The notes under the pieces are model-generated. The model saw only the letters and a list, made by a program, of their open reading frames with translations. It was not told the DNA's origin and searched no databases. Below, piece after piece: positions 26,293-28,978 of a DNA stretch of 28,978 bases. The DNA is from a virus, in UHGV virus genome UHGV-0201389; one strand, written 5' to 3'. Position numbers and translations under genes: made by a program. Positions within the stretch are counted from its first letter, which is position 1, and every line of letters begins with the position of its first letter.

Positions 26293-26328
26293 AAAGCGTT
26301 TAGCTCGTTATACGTCGATTTAGGCCGC

Positions 26329-28008
26329 TTAAATTCCAAATTCTTGCAATGGACCTGGTATTTCTTCTTCTGGTTTCCAGTTCTTATCTGTCAGCATGTC
26401 TAAACATGGATGCAGAACAAGCCCGTTACTTTCCAGAATCTGCCTATCATTGATAGTCTTCAAATCAATGAATATCCGGCCTTTCCTCGTTCCTCTTGAA
26501 TTTTCTATTACAACTCTCTGGGTCTTACCATCAACGTATTCCAGTACAAACAAGTTTTTGTTCCTGTCAATCCTTCTACACCCGATCCGCTTTAGAGCTT
26601 GCTTAATCTTAAACCGGACCTTGATTCGTTCCTCATTGTAAACATCTTCTAAATCAAATTCTGCGAGCTTCTCCCAGCCTTGAGAGTCCACAGAATACAT
26701 TTCCTCTTCTGCCATCTTAATCTGATTGTAGAGTGTTTCACGCTCGCTATTAAGGGCAGTAATCTGATCGGCTAGTTCCTTCGTTGCTCCTGTCATAGCA
26801 GAAAGGGCGATCAGGTTATCAATCTTGCGTGATATTTCATCAATCTGTACTTTCAACGCCGGAACCGGGTTAGCCTTATCCTCAGCAATCCAGATTTTAT
26901 CAGCCAGCAATTGCAATACAGCTTTCTCTAATTGGTCGCCGCGAAAACTCCAGTTTGGATGCTCGCAATCAAGTCTACGTGAACGTGTCGCATCACATGT
27001 ATAACGATACTGGTCAGAACGTTTGTTTGTTCCCTTCACTTTAACCATAGCGCAACCGCAATGATCACATTTCAATAGGCCAATGCCACTAAGCAAGGGG
27101 ATCGGTTTAACTTCTTCCTTATCTCCAAAATTCCATGCTCTAGCACCAATATTTTTCTTAAGGTGATAGAACGTAGGGTCGTCAATAACACGAGGGTAAT
27201 AATTGTTTAACTCATAGTTAACGCCATCTACAGAGACCTCCTTGATACCAATCAAAGCGCGGGTATGGAACAATCTTTCAACCATTGCCCGTGACCATTT
27301 TGAATGCTTCTTATTACTAACCGCTGGTGGTGGTGTATATGTCTCGTTAAGGTGATCCAGTATTTCGGCGGTTGAACGTCCATTCTTCCGTAATTCCACA
27401 ATCTCCTGAACAACAGGGAAGTATGTCGGATGAGGCAGCACATAACCGGAAGTGGTATCAGTCCACCACATATTCTTTCCGACTTCCTCGATAGCAACAG
27501 CCGGATTCTGGGGATTTTCTTGATGAGCTTTAATCTTAATCAATGCGCTTGAGTTAGTACGATTGCGCTTAGTCTGGCTTTCCTCGTTAGCCCTGGCAAA
27601 TAGCATGACACTCAAGAGTAAATCGATGGGATTAGCATTAACCGATTCACGGCTATACACTCTGCCATCCATACCAGTGACAATAGTTATTCCCCTACGG
27701 ATAATCGAGAGAAATAGCTCTTGTGCTTCAATGATGGACTGGCGAGAGATACGGTCCAAGTTTTCCACAACCAACCAGCTACCAACAGGAACGGATCGAC
27801 CAATCTCATCCAGAAAGCGGGATAATGCACCTGTTTTACTGTTAGCCCCTTTGAATGCTGATACACCAAAATCCTGATAGCTTGTAACTAGCTCAAGATC
27901 ATATTTTGCGGCAATCTCTGCGGCTGTTCTCTTCTGGCGTTCATAAGAACTACCATCCGCTTGCTTCATAGACGAGAAGCGAATATACGAATACAGTTTA
28001 GTTTTCAT
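26329..28008 (-). CDS. Large serine recombinase (integrase/resolvase family, ~559 aa from ATG 28008; the listed ORF extends to GTG 28059)
   Basis: N-terminal resolvase motifs YSYIRFSS (catalytic Ser), DFGVSAF, LVVENLDRISR; central recombinase domain; CDHCGC...C...C zinc ribbon; C-terminal coiled coil. Confidence 0.85.
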   Translation of the reverse strand: MKTKLYSYIRFSSMKQADGSSYERQKRTAAEIAAKYDLELVTSYQDFGVSAFKGANSKTGALSRFLDEIGRSVPVGSWLVVENLDRISRQSIIEAQELFLSIIRRGITIVTGMDGRVYSRESVNANPIDLLLSVMLFARANEESQTKRNRTNSSALIKIKAHQENPQNPAVAIEEVGKNMWWTDTTSGYVLPHPTYFPVVQEIVELRKNGRSTAEILDHLNETYTPPPAVSNKKHSKWSRAMVERLFHTRALIGIKEVSVDGVNYELNNYYPRVIDDPTFYHLKKNIGARAWNFGDKEEVKPIPLLSGIGLLKCDHCGCAMVKVKGTNKRSDQYRYTCDATRSRRLDCEHPNWSFRGDQLEKAVLQLLADKIWIAEDKANPVPALKVQIDEISRKIDNLIALSAMTGATKELADQITALNSERETLYNQIKMAEEEMYSVDSQGWEKLAEFDLEDVYNEERIKVRFKIKQALKRIGCRRIDRNKNLFVLEYVDGKTQRVVIENSRGTRKGRIFIDLKTINDRQILESNGLVLHPCLDMLTDKNWKPEEEIPGPLQEFGI

Positions 28009-28061
28009 ACCATTTCCAAACAAAAACGCCCCGACCGAAGTCGAGGCGATATTACACACAT

Positions 28062-28403
28062 TCAGTCTTTGAAGTCGATGGTCACGTTACCTTTAAGGGC
28101 AAGTTCCATTAAGCAACTGCGCTCATCCTTCATGCTCTTACACAATTTCATCCCATAAACGACGAGATTATCTTTCTCTTTCCAATATTTTTGTTTCTCT
28201 GCATAAACCTCGCTATATTCACTATCTTTGAGTGAGAGAGCATTTTCTAACTGGCTAATCTCCTGATTCAGATCCTTAATCTCAGCCTTAGTTGACCGGA
28301 TAGTCTCTTGATGTTGAGTATCGGAATAGTCATACCCACAAGCAAATCCACCAATGCCACCAACACACACAGAAACAATAATTGCGTAGATAGTCTTTTT
28401 CAT
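28062..28403 (-). CDS. Secreted or membrane-anchored coiled-coil protein (113 aa)
   Basis: N-terminal signal/anchor MKKTIYAIIVSVCVGGIGGFA with a possible cleavage or weak lipobox at FA-C; heptad-rich middle; two C-terminal Cys; SD AAGAGGA upstream. Confidence 0.6.
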   Translation of the reverse strand: MKKTIYAIIVSVCVGGIGGFACGYDYSDTQHQETIRSTKAEIKDLNQEISQLENALSLKDSEYSEVYAEKQKYWKEKDNLVVYGMKLCKSMKDERSCLMELALKGNVTIDFKD

Positions 28404-28444
28404 AATTGAATCCTCTTTGAATGAATTACGATATATTTATATCA

Positions 28445-28570
28445 TTAAAAATTGATGCTAATAACCAGACCAAATACCACCGCACCAATCAAATCAATCC
28501 AGTTAATACACAATCCGCTATATTCTTTCTTGAATGTCTTAGATGAAATGCCATCATGAAACTGTTTCAT
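28445..28570 (-). CDS. Small tail-anchored membrane peptide (41 aa, MKQFHDGISSKTFKKEYSGLCINWIDLIGAVVFGLVISINF)
   Basis: Manually translated sub-threshold ORF; SD GGGGTGAG; start lies 3 nt after the stop of the upstream 26-aa ORF. Confidence 0.4.
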   Translation of the reverse strand: MKQFHDGISSKTFKKEYSGLCINWIDLIGAVVFGLVISINF

Positions 28571-28573
28571 TGC

Positions 28574-28654
28574 TCACCCCATACTAACGACAAGATAAGA
28601 AAGACTAATCATAGTTGTGAGACTACCTCCCACGAATGAGATAAAAGCTAACAT
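28574..28654 (-). CDS. Hydrophobic micro-peptide (26 aa, MLAFISFVGGSLTTMISLSYLVVSMG)
   Basis: Manually translated; consensus SD AGGAG 8 nt upstream of the ATG; entirely hydrophobic. Confidence 0.4.
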   Translation of the reverse strand: MLAFISFVGGSLTTMISLSYLVVSMG

Positions 28655-28671
28655 GTTTGATTCTCCTAGTT

Positions 28672-28698
28672 TAAAAAGCGGTGGGAATTGCACCCACC
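28672..28698 (-). terminator. Weak intrinsic terminator/attenuator on the minus strand
   Basis: GGTGGG-7-nt loop-CCCACC stem followed on the minus strand by GCTTTTTAA, just downstream of the 89-aa ORF stop. Confidence 0.45.
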
Positions 28699-28708
28699 AA
28701 ATTAGAAA

Positions 28709-28978
28709 TTACTTCTTGCTAATAAACTCTTTGTAGATAAAATCTAAGACTTCCTTTAACTTCTTATCGGTGCCAATCATCGCCGGAAGTTCTTCTTTAA
28801 TATCGCGGGGAAGATACACATTACCTTTCCAGAACAAGCAACCACATTGAGCAATCGAATAGCTGAACATCCATTCACAATCTTGTTCAGTCTCCCAGAA
28901 TCTAACCTGCTCATCTTCGAGTTGAAGTTCGATTCCACGGCGGCGAGCATAGTTATGGATTGCTTTGGTAATGTTCAT
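28709..28978 (-). CDS. Hypothetical protein (at least 89 aa; N-terminus may lie beyond the window end)
   Basis: ORF running to the window edge on the minus strand; no recognisable motifs. Confidence 0.5.
   Translation of the reverse strand: MNITKAIHNYARRRGIELQLEDEQVRFWETEQDCEWMFSYSIAQCGCLFWKGNVYLPRDIKEELPAMIGTDKKLKEVLDFIYKEFISKK

Noticed and set aside
28925-28938. GTTCGATTCC, a tRNA T-loop-like motif
   Set aside because: Flanking sequence does not form a T stem, acceptor stem or anticodon arm, and it lies inside a CDS; chance match.
1-28978. CRISPR arrays, rRNA genes, insertion sequences with terminal inverted repeats
   Set aside because: No regularly spaced direct repeats, no rRNA-like conserved blocks, and no transposase-like ORF flanked by inverted repeats were seen; the only tandem repeats are protein-coding repeats inside the fibre genes.

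Overview
This window reads as a contiguous piece of a tailed-phage genome (siphovirus type, free phage or prophage), probably with an enterobacterial host. From 3 to 20653 the + strand carries a near-complete morphogenesis module in canonical order: large terminase (5' end outside the window), portal, a single protease-scaffold-major capsid fusion ORF, small neck genes, a repeat-containing tail fibre, major tail tube protein, two tail assembly chaperones, tape measure protein, and a lambda-like tip module (gpM/L/K-like, then a 1258-aa gpJ-like central fibre whose C-terminus, from memory, resembles the lambda J receptor-binding domain). Next comes an AT-richer accessory block on the + strand (20756-22964): small membrane proteins, a Lys-rich protein and a Peptidase_M15-type peptidoglycan hydrolase (probable endolysin). 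The strand then switches to a UvsW-type helicase translationally coupled to a Zn-ribbon/T5orf172-like gene, a divergent T5orf172-like paralog, a large serine recombinase, and a cluster of tiny hydrophobic peptides plus a secreted coiled-coil protein. The most unusual signal is that the major capsid and major tail genes both end in a rare TGA followed by stop-free in-frame extensions with the same architecture and a shared 24-nt motif, suggesting programmed readthrough. No rRNA, tRNA or CRISPR array was found. All calls come from reading the sequence and ORF translations by eye; no database search was run, and family assignments are recalled motifs, not alignments.
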